64,000 nucleotides of DNA, taken from contig NIVC01003500.1 of assembly GCA_002269645.1 (NCBI GenBank), positions 1 through 64,000 of the forward strand, given 5' to 3'. The notes under the pieces were generated by a model. The model had not been told where the DNA came from and made no database searches. It saw nothing but the letters and a program-made list of their open reading frames with translations. The translations under genes and the position numbers were made by a program. Within the stretch, counting starts at the first letter, position 1. Every line of letters starts with the position of its first letter. Below are positions 12,825 to 24,600 of the stretch, in pieces. Source of the stretch: Macrostomum lignano. Lineage: Eukaryota.

Positions 12825-12930
12825 TGTGTTTAATCCCTGTGTTTAACCCCTGTGTTTAACCCCTGTGTTTAACCCCTGTGTTTAACCCCTGTGTTTAATC
12901 CTTGTGTTTAACCCCTCTGTTTAATCCTTG
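12825..12930. repeat. 13 bp tandem repeat (GTTTAACCCCTGT)
   Basis: Visible tandem units. Confidence 0.9.
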
Positions 12931-13949
12931 CTCCCATACTTTTTCTGTCTGATCCACTTATTTGGCGCGTTTCATACGCTGGAAATTCATGTGAGCCTGC
13001 GGGTGTGAGGTTACCCAAGTCATCTTGTTCCTGGGCATCGCGCCTGGAAAAATATTAGGATGAGAACACTGATTGAATAGTAAGCAGAAAGTCGGAGCTA
13101 CTGAGCAGTGCAGGCCTCACAGAATGCTACACAGCATCAAGAGCTGCATCGAGAGAAATCCTCAAATCCAGTTGACTTCTGCAGATACGCGGTCCAGCTT
13201 TGCCTCGCCAGCTCCGACCATCAGCTCTTCCTTTGCCTTCTTGCAGCTCAGCAACTGCATTAGTGAGTAGCAGTGCGATGACTGCACAAAGTGCTCATCA
13301 ACATCCGAGTTGTCTGCAATCTTCTTTTGTCAGTTTTGTTGGTGGGGGGGGGGTTATTCCTGCATTAGCTGGGTTAATTGAGGGTGTGAAGCGACCTCCC
13401 AGTCCTTGGACTGGGTAGCCGCGTACGCAGCCTTCAGATGCGCTGCACAATTGGTGCGGCTGAGCTGTCGGTTGCATCTCTGTCCATTGTGGCAGGTGTA
13501 ATCTATTATTATTATTATTGTTGTTGTTGTTGTTATGTGGGCCAATAGTTTTCACTCTCCTGAGAGGTTGCTTCCCCAGCAGCTCGGCTCTCATGCTCCA
13601 CAGCAGGCTGCGGAAGCTTCGCGTAGATGATTGGAATTGTCTTTTTACGCTTCAGCAGCAAGTTCGGGACGTCGAAAGCTGAAAATCCAAAGTCCAACCA
13701 GGGACTACTTAAACTAGTTTCCTTTGTTTAAAAGAAAAACATCACGTGTACTTTGTATTTTATCGGGAATCGGCTTTGAGCCTCGAGCAGCTGTTTTGCT
13801 TCATCTCTCCTTTCCAGCTGGAGCAAAGTCATGACATGGAGACACAACTGCACCCCGCTCTGTTTACTAGTAGCTGCTTGTACTCGGCCTCCGTGCTACG
13901 GTTGCCAAGTACGCTCGTACACTCTACTAGACTGTAATTAACGAAGTGT

Positions 13950-14862
13950 TCCTAGTGGTCCTTGCGAGTGTCTCTCTGCGTAGCCGTTGCTTTGTCATCC
14001 CCGGCTCCGCTCCGGTGCCAGCGTTCTTGAGAAACAGCGGAGCGCCAGGCAGGAAGAAGTGCGGCTTGCAGACAAACTGTGGGCGGAACTGTCGCCTAGG
14101 AAGCTGTGCAGCAGGTCGAGAGTTGTAGAGTTTTGAGGAAAATGCAGAGCAAATGCGATGGTTCTTTTGGTTTTATTGGCATATTCGGGAAGAAGTAAGA
14201 AAATGGGAAAGAGTGATCCGTTTTTCGATCGCCTGCCGTATATTTATACGAGTACAGACATGATTTTGGTTTTCCGGAAAGTTTTAGAAATATTTCTTAC
14301 AGTATAACAAATTTAAAGTGCAAGTAAATTATGGAAAAATTTAATGCTATATTGACTATGCTGTTTATTAATATAATAAACCAATCAGTATTCATTAATA
14401 AATGCTTGAAATTAGAATTTTATTGAAGTGAAGAGAAGTTTATTGAAATATCGCGACATTTGAATTTGTGATTTCTAGAATGTTCGATCGATCGATCAAT
14501 GAAGGGCGCTACAAGATTCCTTTAGAACTGCAACCAACGGCTCTAGCGCCCAGATGCTGCTCAGCTTCCTAATGTGGCGCTGCAGCATACTGAACAATTG
14601 CCTTGGCGAGATAAATCTTCATCACGAATGTGCTCAGCTTCTTGGGTAGTATCTTTTTGATGACCAACTTGAGCTGGATAAACAGCTGACTCTGTCTCTG
14701 TAAGACGTGCTTCTCTAAGAAGCTGAAGCTAATCCTGAGCTCGTTAGAAGCATTGGATCTGGCTGCTCGAGCGAGATTGGAAGCAACAGTTGGACCCGAT
14801 CCTCGCAGAGTTGCTGCAACACTGATAAGCAAAAAGTCTGTTGTGTCTTGAGCAGGACGCAT
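13950..14862 (-). pseudogene. Mab-21/cGAS-like (cGLR) C-terminal lobe fragments
   Basis: 14569-14862: ELRISFSFLEKHVLQ...QLFIQLKLVIKKIL..KLSTFVMK matches the Mab-21 pattern WRLSFSxxEKxL...LK...LSSYxLK. ~13950-14090 encodes CKPHFFLPGAPLF, like the PHYFxPxxNLF motif. A stop and frame changes intervene; no N-terminal catalytic core seen. Confidence 0.55.
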
Positions 14863-15539
14863 CAGACAGCATGTATTTCTTCATTTGATGTGGAAAATGT
14901 AATTGCACATCTGCCAACTGCAAAATCTGCTTGATTTTTTATCTAAATTATAGATATTTTTGATGGATTCAACTATTCCTTAATATTCCATATCCGTACC
15001 TCAGTTCACATGTACACGTACAGAACCTCAAGTTACAGGACCTTGGAATTCCACAGTACCGATCAAGCTACACACATAAAACTCGAGCTACACGTACATA
15101 ACCTCAAGCTGCAAAAGCGCTCATATTTTGAGTTGAACCCCAATATACACGTGTAGCACATAAAAATAATTACAGAACATTTGCCTACACCAACTAGAAG
15201 TGTAGTTGAGCAGAACAGCTCAAATGCAAATAGCTATATAGGCGCCAGCTGTATGCTAAGTTGAATAAAAGAAAGTTTAATCTGCTAGCATCTGGTGTTG
15301 AATTATTTGAAAGTCCTTGATTTCGCGTTTTTCATGGAAGTATATAAAGTGTGGACAGCTTAATCACATTTGCTGGTTTTGAATCAGATCTATAGCGTGA
15401 AGCCACTGCATTGCACACGGATGTAATTCTCTAAATTTATTTGTATTATCGCAAAAAACAAACCGCAACAAACGACGAGATGGGAAAACAAAGGGGCATT
15501 AAAACTTCAGACGGGCTGCTAGCTCCTCATTAATTGACT

Positions 15540-15840
15540 TCACCAGCATTTGCCCACGTTGCACCGCTGTGAGCAGCAGTCTGCATAGTTCCTGCAGTAG
15601 CCCCCGGTTTTTGTGCATTTTTCGGAGCTGCTGCAGGCAGATCCAGAGTCTGCGGTGGGCACAGGTGAGTGAGTGAATGAGTGAGTGAGTGATGGGGTGG
15701 GGAGGCAGCTAGAAAGCTTTGGTGATAAGCAGCTGAAAAAAGCCTAATTAAGGCTCTTAACAGACTCGAAAGCTGAGCTGCTACTTACCAAAAAACATAA
15801 CGGTGAAAACGATTATCATGGCGTATACGTAGAAATTCAT
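15540..15840 (-). CDS. Secreted inhibitor-cystine-knot (knottin, conotoxin-like) peptide precursor, 53 aa
   Basis: Exon 1 15840-15789 (ATG...TTT TTT G|gtaagt), exon 2 15649-15540 (cccaccgcag|AC TCT...TGG TGA). Product MNFYVYAMIIVFTVMFFDSGSACSSSEKCTKTGGYCRNYADCCSQRCNVGKCW. Intron phases match; AATAAA ~100 nt past the stop (near 15440). Confidence 0.85.
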
Positions 15841-17176
15841 TTTAGTCCCTGCAGTATCAAAGTCAAATCTTAAAGAACTTGAGAAAATACTGTTACAATA
15901 TACCGTTCTGAAAATTATAGAAAGCTGGAATAATTTGACATATCAGCCTCTTTAGGGAACTCAGGTTTGCAATGAAAAAAACATCTGTCTATGGTAAAAC
16001 ATAGAAGCAAAGAGGATCAGTTTACATGTAGTTTTTATTACGCCCCAATCAATCTTTAAATGCGCGATTGTCTGATAAATTGATTGATAAATGCGAGCTA
16101 GTCTGGAGTCAGCCGTGTCACAATATTTTGCTACCTCCAAGCACAAAACAACGCAGCAAAATGCTTCTGACAGCATGCTGGCAGTGCAGGCTCTGCATGA
16201 TGTATGTACTTTTGATGAAAACATGAAAAATTTTTATATTCAGAGATAAAAACAAAAAAGCTCAATTAGTGCTTACAATAACGTATGATTGAACTTACGG
16301 TATACTTTCTAATGATTTTTTCACAAAACCCGAGAATCTTCCAAATAAAGTTGGTTATAATACACAAGTTTATCGTGTAAACATTTTCGAATTCAGCGGC
16401 CTAGTCGTCATCAATTTTTAATTCGCAGCCTCCTGACTGATGTAATGTAGACCGTAATTGACAGTGTGGCTAACATGGTTAGGCTGGAAAGCAAGCCTGG
16501 AAAGTCAGTCGGTATCGTGGTTCAAACAGAAAATTCTGAGGTCGGGACGCTAAGATCTAAGTTAAGCATCGTTGGGCTCAGTTTGCTACCGTATCAGGAA
16601 TCAGGATTGGTGGAGGGCCTTATGTACATTACAGTACACACGTCTTAGTGGCTACTAGTACTAGAAGGGAATAAGCCTAACAAAAAAGGCTCATATTCTA
16701 GGCATAAGCCGTAAAGAATGAGGCTTACTTTACTTAACTTTTGTTGTTAGTGTTATGTAATACAAACTGCATTAGTCCGAGTTGGACTAAATTAGACTGC
16801 ATTTTTAATTTAGTCTAGATTTCATTATTTTTTAATTTAATGTTATTATTATAAATATAAATTAATTTGTTGAACTAAGTATATTTTTTATACTTTTTAT
16901 CAAAAGTATGCTTAAGTCTAAGGCGAAGCCGAAGAGTAAGACAATGGGTTTCTAACCATATTTTTATATAGCTCCAATATTATTATGGCAGTGCTTATTC
17001 TCATGGCCCACTGTCCTGTGGCTATGGCTAGCCCCCCTATGCCAATAATGCATTAAAGCAACCAGAAATTTGTTGAGGGGGTGGATTCTGGGGGAGGAAG
17101 CAGTCTACGTGGCAGGATGGCTCTGTTTTTGGCTAAAATTTGCTTGGTCCTCCTGATTTTTTTGTCTATGCCTTTC

Positions 17177-18200
17177 ATACATGCCCAACACCTGTCTAAC
17201 CCATCCAAACTAGATGGGTAAAATGGCTGCCAGCCAAAGTAAGTTGCAAAAATGAAAATGAAAAAATGAAAAATGGGAGAAAAAAGAAAGGAGAGAAAAG
17301 AGAAAAAAGAAAGAAAAAGAGAGGAAAAGATAAAAAGGCAAAAAAGTCATATACAAAGTACCTTTTAAACTTTGTCCAACTCGGAATATTCCAACCATTA
17401 TTCCAACTTGTAATGCAGTTAAATTACAAATAAGAGTAATGGTCGGAATATTTTGACTCTTATTCTGATTGATTATTAAATATAATTGCAAAGTCTAAAT
17501 ATCCTTCTGACTTATTTTGACTCTGACTCATGTCATAATTTAATATGTTGCAAGAGTCTAAATATCATTAATTCCAACTCTTATTCAGGCTGATTATTAA
17601 ATCCATTGCAAGAGTCTAAATCTCATTCTGACTCTTATTTTGACTAATTTATTTAATATGTTGCAAGAGTCTTAATACCATTCCAACTTGATCTTATTCT
17701 TACTTCGACTGATTATTTTAATTACATATTGCAAGAGTATATATCATTCTGACTGTTGAATGTACAATTTTTTACATTTACTTTGACAAAGTATGCATAG
17801 AATAAGGCAAACTTTAAAATAATAATGTTTCCCCAAAATTTTAAAATAAAATAAAGTAAATTAAATTATGCATTGGATTAAGAGTCAAAATGATATTTAG
17901 ACTCTTGCAATTGTATTTAATAATCAGTTGGAATAAGAGTTGCAATATTCTAACCATTAGGCCTAGTCTGACTCGTAATTTAACCACATTATGAGTTGGA
18001 ATAATGGTCAGAATATTCTAAGTCAGACAAAGTTTAAAAGGTTACAAAGTGAAAATTAAGTTACAATTAGGAAAACTAATTGCAATTAAGAGGAACTAAG
18101 TTGCAATCAGAAAGAACTTGCAATTGGAAAAAAAACTAAGTTGCAAATTTATACAAAACTAAGTTGCACCAGATGAGTGAAATTTTGAGGTTAGGCATGT
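17177..18200. mobile_element. ~370 bp MITE-like element, copy 1 (interrupted by a nested MITE)
   Basis: Matches the reverse complement of 19050-19423; short terminal inverted repeats ACATGCCCAAC...GTTAGGCATGT. Confidence 0.7.
17360..18042. mobile_element. Nested MITE with long TIRs and 8-bp TSD TACAAAGT
   Basis: TIR ACCTTTTAAACTTTGTC... at 17360 and reverse complement ending 18042; TACAAAGT at 17352-17359 and 18043-18050. Confidence 0.8.
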
Positions 18201-19049
18201 ATAATGCCTTTATACCCTTGGTTGCGCTATTGCCATAGTGCAATAATGCTTTGCACTAAATGCTAGATTATATAAATTATAATAGCATAGGATAACAGAT
18301 TAACAGAACTCTGCCACAATAATTTCCATGGAAAAGCCATGAGCCTTAGTAAGTAAACATATGTAAAGGACCTTCTATTGAAAAACAGTTTAGATTTTTA
18401 ATAATATAGATATATTCTATTATATATCTCTAGAACTACTTTTCTATTTATTCCTCTAATTGTAAAGACACTTTATAAAGTAACTTTTATATCAATCTAT
18501 TATAATAACAGCTTGTTATATATTATTTTACTATTTTGTCATTTTGTCACATGTCTATTTTTATATGTTAACCATTCTGTCCATAGGCATTTTCATATGA
18601 TTCTAAGCACTGTGCCAAGTGTTGCATTGTACTATGCTGCATTGCACCAAGGGCCACCTCAAAGAAAGTGTGCCACACTGCAAAGTCATTTTACAAATAT
18701 GCCAGATGGCTATCTACCATTTAGCAACTTTTTCCAATAGGGCTATATAACAAACTTATATTATAATAACCAATTACCAAGGAATATTTTATATTATATT
18801 ATACCTTAAATAAGTAGTAGAAGCTAGGTCCAATACTTTGTTTTGTGTGGCATGATGCATTATAATACTTTATTATATATATTATATAACAATTTTTGCA
18901 TTGTAAATGCTATACTCTAGAAAATCTAGTGCATGCCAAATTTTCTAATGTGTATTCTAAAACCTTAGCATGCATAATGTGCAAATTAAAAATTGTGTAG
19001 TTATCAGCATGCAAAATTGCTATATAGTGTGCATATCATAGTATGCTAG

Positions 19050-19423
19050 GCATATATGCCCAACCTCAAAATTTCACCCATCCAGTGCAACTTAGTTTTG
19101 TCTAGATTTGCAACTTAGTTCCTCCCAATTGCAACTTAGTTCCTCCTGATTGCAACTTAGTTCCTCTCAATTGTGACTTAGTTCCCCTAATTACAACTTA
19201 ATTTTCACTTTGTATATCGCTTTTCTTGCTTTTTTCTCTTTTATTCTCTTTCTCTCTCCTCCCTCCTCTCTCTCTTCTCCCTCTTTTCTTTTCATTTTCT
19301 CTTCTCCTTTCTTTCTTCCCCCAATTTTTTGTTTTTTTGCAGTTTTGATTTTGCAACTTACCTTGGCTGGCAGTCATTTCACCTGTCTAGTTTGGACAGG
19401 TCAGATGGGTGTTAGGCATGTGA
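19050..19423. mobile_element. ~370 bp MITE-like element, copy 2 (inverted relative to copy 1)
   Basis: Reverse complement aligns to 17177-17359 plus 18051-18200. Confidence 0.7.
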
Positions 19424-19814
19424 GATGCTAGGCCTAGTGCATATATATGCAACATAGTATATGCCTATATGATTGCTTACAATTTTTTAGATCTACATTA
19501 TTATTTTAGAAAATTATTATTCAATAATTATAATTAATAATTGGCATCAGTGTGCATTTATAAATTTTGTTTAGGATAGGGGCCTATTCTAGCATGCATT
19601 TAACATGATCTAGACTAGGCTTATAGACATGGTGCAAATGATAGAAAAGTTTTCCAAAAGCTGGTGTCTTAGCAATATTGATTGTCATTGATTATTTGCT
19701 AGATCCAAATGATTAGCCCAAAACTAATAGTAGCTCTATAAGCCTTAAATATTTTAAATGGTTTTAGGGCCTATAGTATCTATGACCTTTGGTTTGATTA
19801 GATCAAGATATGAT

Positions 19815-20601
19815 GGCTCATTCCATATAAGCATGGTCGTAACATGACAGGCTATTTTTACTTATAAAATGAAATATAATAATAGAATATACTAAACCAA
19901 TATTTTAAATGAAAGATAATTTTGTCAAAAATATTTTTATAGAGTTTCATGTAGATATCATCATTAGTATAGATGCTATTAAACCTTGAATGGCACTTAT
20001 GGTCGTAACAACAGGATTTTTGACATATAGAAACTAAAAGGTAAAAGTCTTATAACATTTTTATTTTTGATATTTTGCAATACATTTTTTAAAATTTGAC
20101 TAAGAACATCTTTAGTAATCATACTCTTTTATTAGAATATATAAACTCAAAAAGGCAACAAAGATACAAAAGAAAAGGCAGCCTTATGATCGTAACATTA
20201 TGGTCGTAACATATTTTTTTCTGTCAATTCAGTAACTTTGAGGTACCAATATATTAAAAATATAATAGATTATTTGGTCACCAATACTTTTATCTGATGA
20301 TGCAAGTACTATACTTTTATCTATAGTTTGTTTCAACCTTCCAAAGCTTTCTATTTGTTTTTAAAAGGTACACAAACTTAATGATGTCTTTTGCTTAGAA
20401 AAATGTTTAAATTTTTACAAAAATGACTTTTTGCCACTTGATAGCATACTAATCTAACATTTTATCATTCATTTATTCTTAGATTGTAGATATTACACAT
20501 AAAAAACATTTGGTAAAAAAATTGGCTGATAAGGCAATGGCAAGCAAAAATATTGACTTTTTTCTATTTTCCAAATATGTCCATCTTATATGGAATGAGC
20601 C
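19815..20601. mobile_element. Non-autonomous DNA transposon, TIR GGCTCATTCCATATAAG, 4-bp TSD TGAT
   Basis: 17-bp perfect inverted ends; TGAT at 19811-19814 and 20602-20605; internal repeats of ATGGTCGTAACA. Confidence 0.75.
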
Positions 20602-21657
20602 TGATCCATATATTATAGAAACCAAACAATAGCCCATAGGCCATAGATTCTATTGAAATTGTATTAAAAATATTTAAATTTGGCATGCATGAGATTGCAT
20701 AAATTTTTATTTATTTAAGCAATTACATATAACTTTTTATCTATTTGAAAATTTGTTTGAACATTTTATAATATTTTTAAATGCTTAGTTACATTTGATA
20801 TACTAAAAGTGAATATTTGTATCTCAAATTTTAGCTGACTTGAGCATAAGAAAAGAGGCAGTGTAGTTATTGTGGATAAAGTTATGTCTACTTTGTTCTG
20901 CTTTTTTATTAAGATTCACTTCTTGCATATATAAAATAAAGCAAAGGCACATAGGGAGGTCCATAAACAAAGAAGTTGGTTCAAAAGTACAATATACAAC
21001 AGTGAATAAAGCAAGGGAAAAACAAAGGAAATGAAAAAAGAAAAAACTTATTACAAATAAAATATATTCTAAAATAGTTAAAGCCAAAGAGAAAAAATAT
21101 CTAATTTGTACACAGAGCAAAGCAATGTCGCAAAAAGCCCTCTGGATATTGGGCATCTCACATTTGTTTGAAAAAAACTGTCATACTTGCTAGATAAAAT
21201 CAAGGTTGCACATATATGAATGCATAAATGTCCTATCAAGCATGCAAGCATACAAAGCAAACTTAAATCCAAGGTGTACAGCTTTACACAGGATTGTAAG
21301 GAATATGTTTTTAAGTGCTTTGATTGATTTCTTCATCTGTTCAAGATGCCATATGCACAGATCCCCATTTGCTCCCATAGGTACAGAATTGAAGCTGGGG
21401 TCATGGCATAAGAATAGAAATGCATTTATTGCTAAGATGCTCTGCTCCTGAAAGACATTCTATTAAAATTTCAATTTCAGAGTCTTTAAAAATGCAGCCA
21501 ACTCCTCTGAACATCATATTTACTGGTATCGTCACTAACAGACTTAGAATATTGTCTTGCCTAAAGTCTGCTAACACATTTATCGCAAACAAATACTAAT
21601 TGGTAACTTACATAAGCTCAAACGTGTTACAGGTTATTCCTTGACTAATTAGAAAAA

Positions 21658-24600
21658 ATGGGCGTCCACGGCCTCTGGTCCATCATTCAGCCAACGGCGC
21701 AGCACACCCCGCTTGAGGAGCTGCGCGGCCTCCGAATCGCCATCGACCTGGCCATCTGGGTTGTTGACGACATGCAGACCCAGCGGGAGGCCGCCTGCGC
21801 CATTCCTGGTCGGTTGCATCTGCGCAACCTGCTGTTCAGAACCCTGCACCTGCTCAAGCTGGGCGTCAGGCCGCTCTTTGTTGTGGACGGCGAAGCGCCC
21901 GTCTTGAAGGTGGCGACTATGACTGCCAGATCCCAGCAGATGGCTGGCAAAGGGGCTAAGCCAGGTGAGTTGATTTGGATGTGGGAGAGCGACAGGCAGT
22001 GACAGGCTGTGTAGGGGAGAGTGGCAGGCTGTGTAGGAGAGTGGCAGGCTGTGTAGGGGAGAGTGGCAGGCTGTGTAGGAGAGTGGCAGGCTGTGTAGGA
22101 GAGTGGCAGGCTGTGTAGGAGAGTGGCAGGCTGTGTAGGAGAGTGGCAGGCTGTGTAGGAGAGTGGCAGGCTGTGTAGGGGAGAGTGGCAGGCTGTGTAG
22201 GGGAGAGTGGCAGGCTGTGTAGGGGAGAGTGGCAGGCTGTGTAGGGGAGAGTGGCAGGCTGTGTAGGAGAGTGGCAGGCTGTGTAGGGGAGAGTGGCAGG
22301 CTGTGTAGGGGAGAGTGGCAGGCTGTGTAGGGGAGAGTGGCAGGCAGTGACAGGCTGTGTAGGGGAGAGTGGCAGGCAGTGACAGGCTGTGTAGGGGAGA
22401 GTGGCAGGCAGTGACAGGCTGTGTAGGAGAGAGTGGCAGGCAGTGACAGGCTGTGTAGGGGAGAGTGGCAGGCAGTGACAGGCTGTGTAGGAGAGAGTGG
22501 CAGGCTGTGTAGTGGAGAGTGGCTGGCAGTGGCAGGCTGTGTAGTGGAGAGTGGCTGGCAGTGACTGACAGTTTAAATCGCTCATCCAACAGTCACAGAG
22601 CGGCCGGTGGACCCGGAGCGGATCCGCAAGCGGGCCAGATTCCGCCGCCTGTTGCGCGGCGACTGCTGCCGCCTGCTCGACCTGCTCGGCGTGCCGCACG
22701 TGGAGAGCCCTGGCGAGGCGGAGAGTCTGGCCGCGCTGCTCAACAACCGCGGAGTTGTGGACGCCGTCATCACCAACGATGGCGACGCGTTTCTCTACGG
22801 GGCCAAGCGGGTCCTGCGCAACTTCAGGTTCGAGTTGGAGTTTAAGCTGCTGTGAACCCAGATTGAGAGTCGGGTGGGACTGAGCACTGAGCAATGACCC
22901 TGAAATTCCCAGATTCCCAGAGATTTGACGTCTGGGAATCTAACTAGGAGATTTGAGCTCTAGGAATCATAAGAGGGAATTATATTTTCCCTCTGAAAAT
23001 CTCACCCAGAGATTTTCTCTCTCGGAATCTCACCCAGACTTGGCCTCTGGAAATCTCACCCAGAGATTTGGCCTCTGGAAATACCACCCAGAGATTTGGC
23101 CTCTGGAAATCTCACCCAGAGACTTGGCCTTTGGGAATCTCACCCAGATATTTGACCTCTAGAAATCTCACCCAGAGCTTTGACCTCTGAGAATCTCACC
23201 AAGATTGACATCTGAGAATCTCACCCAGAGATTTGACCTCTGAGAATCTCACCAAGAGATTTGACATCTGAGAATCTCACACAGTGATTTTCTCTCTGGG
23301 AATCTCACCCAGAGACTTGGCCTTTGGGAATCTCACCCAGAGATTTGACCTCTGAGAATCTCACCAAGATTGACATCTGAGAATCTCACCCAGAGATTTG
23401 ACCTCTGAGAATCTCACCCAGTGATTTGACATCTGAGAATCTCACCTAGTGATTTTCCCTCTGGAAATCTCACCCTATCCTAAATTTGTCCTTAAGATTT
23501 GACTCCTTGCCAGACTCCATTCAAATCAATTTTGTAACTGTGCCATCGCTTGCTCACTCGCCCCCTCGAGCAGCATGGACAGCCGTGACGCCCACGTGGA
23601 CTGGTTCGAGAGCTGCCGCCTGGCCACTCAGCTGGGCCTCGGCCGGGACCGCCTGGTGGCTCTGGCGCTGCTGCTCGGCTGCGACTACGCGCCAGGCGGA
23701 ACTCCGGGCGTCGGGCCAGCCCTGGCGCTGAAGTTCTTCCGCTGCCTGCCGCCCGGTGCCGACGCCACTGCCAAACTGCTGGAGGCCGGCGGCGGAGGAG
23801 GCGATGCCGACGGTTGCGGCGTGCTTCGCCGGTTCATCGCCGCGTCGGCCACGTCGGCTGCCGCACCGGCCATCGTCAGCGAATTCCTGGAGGCCAACCG
23901 AAGCTGGCCGCTGCTTACCGAGGATCGGGTGGTGTGGCGCCGGCCCAGGCCGCTGGAGCTGGTCCGCTTCTGCCTGGACAGGCTGGAATGGGCCGAGGAG
24001 TACACCGTTGCCAAGCTGCTGCCGCTGCTGTGCATCTGGGATGAGCAGCTGCCCGAAGGTGCGAGTGCCGGCTGCTCGGTGGGCCCGAGGCCCCGGAGAA
24101 TCCTGGCTGAGCGAATCCGGGCCGGCGTGCCCTGCTACGAGGTGAGATGCACCCTGAGATTGAAATTTCCCCTGAGGTGCTTGATCCCACAGGATTTGAT
24201 GCCATGGAACTCCCTACTATAGGATTCTATCCTATAGGAAATATGGTTCTATTTTTTAGGGTTCTATCCTATGGGTTCTATCCTTTGGTCTATCCTATGG
24301 TGTTCTATCCTATGGGTTCTATCCTTTGGTCTATCCTATGGGTTCTATCCTTTGGTCTATCCTATGGTGTTCTATCCTATGGTCTACCCTATGGTGTTCT
24401 ATTCTATGGTCTACCCTATGGTGTCCTATCCTATGGTGTTCTATCCTATGGTGTTCTCTCCTATGGTGTTCTATCCTATGGTGTTCTATCTTATGGGTTC
24501 TATCTTATGGGGTTCCATCCTATGGTGTTCTATCCTATTGTGTTCTATCCTATGGTGTTCTATCCTATCGGGTTCTATCCTATGGTGTTCTATCCTATCG

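Noticed and set aside
12825-12930. Telomere-like TTAACCCC repeat
   Set aside because: 13-bp unit, not TTAGGG; ordinary minisatellite.
15961-16224. ORF as first exon of the knottin gene
   Set aside because: Weak donor and poor signal peptide; exon 15840-15789 has a consensus donor, correct phase and a good leader.
20824-21592. AT-rich ORFs as a membrane protein or transposase
   Set aside because: Hydrophobicity reflects base composition; many stops; no motifs.
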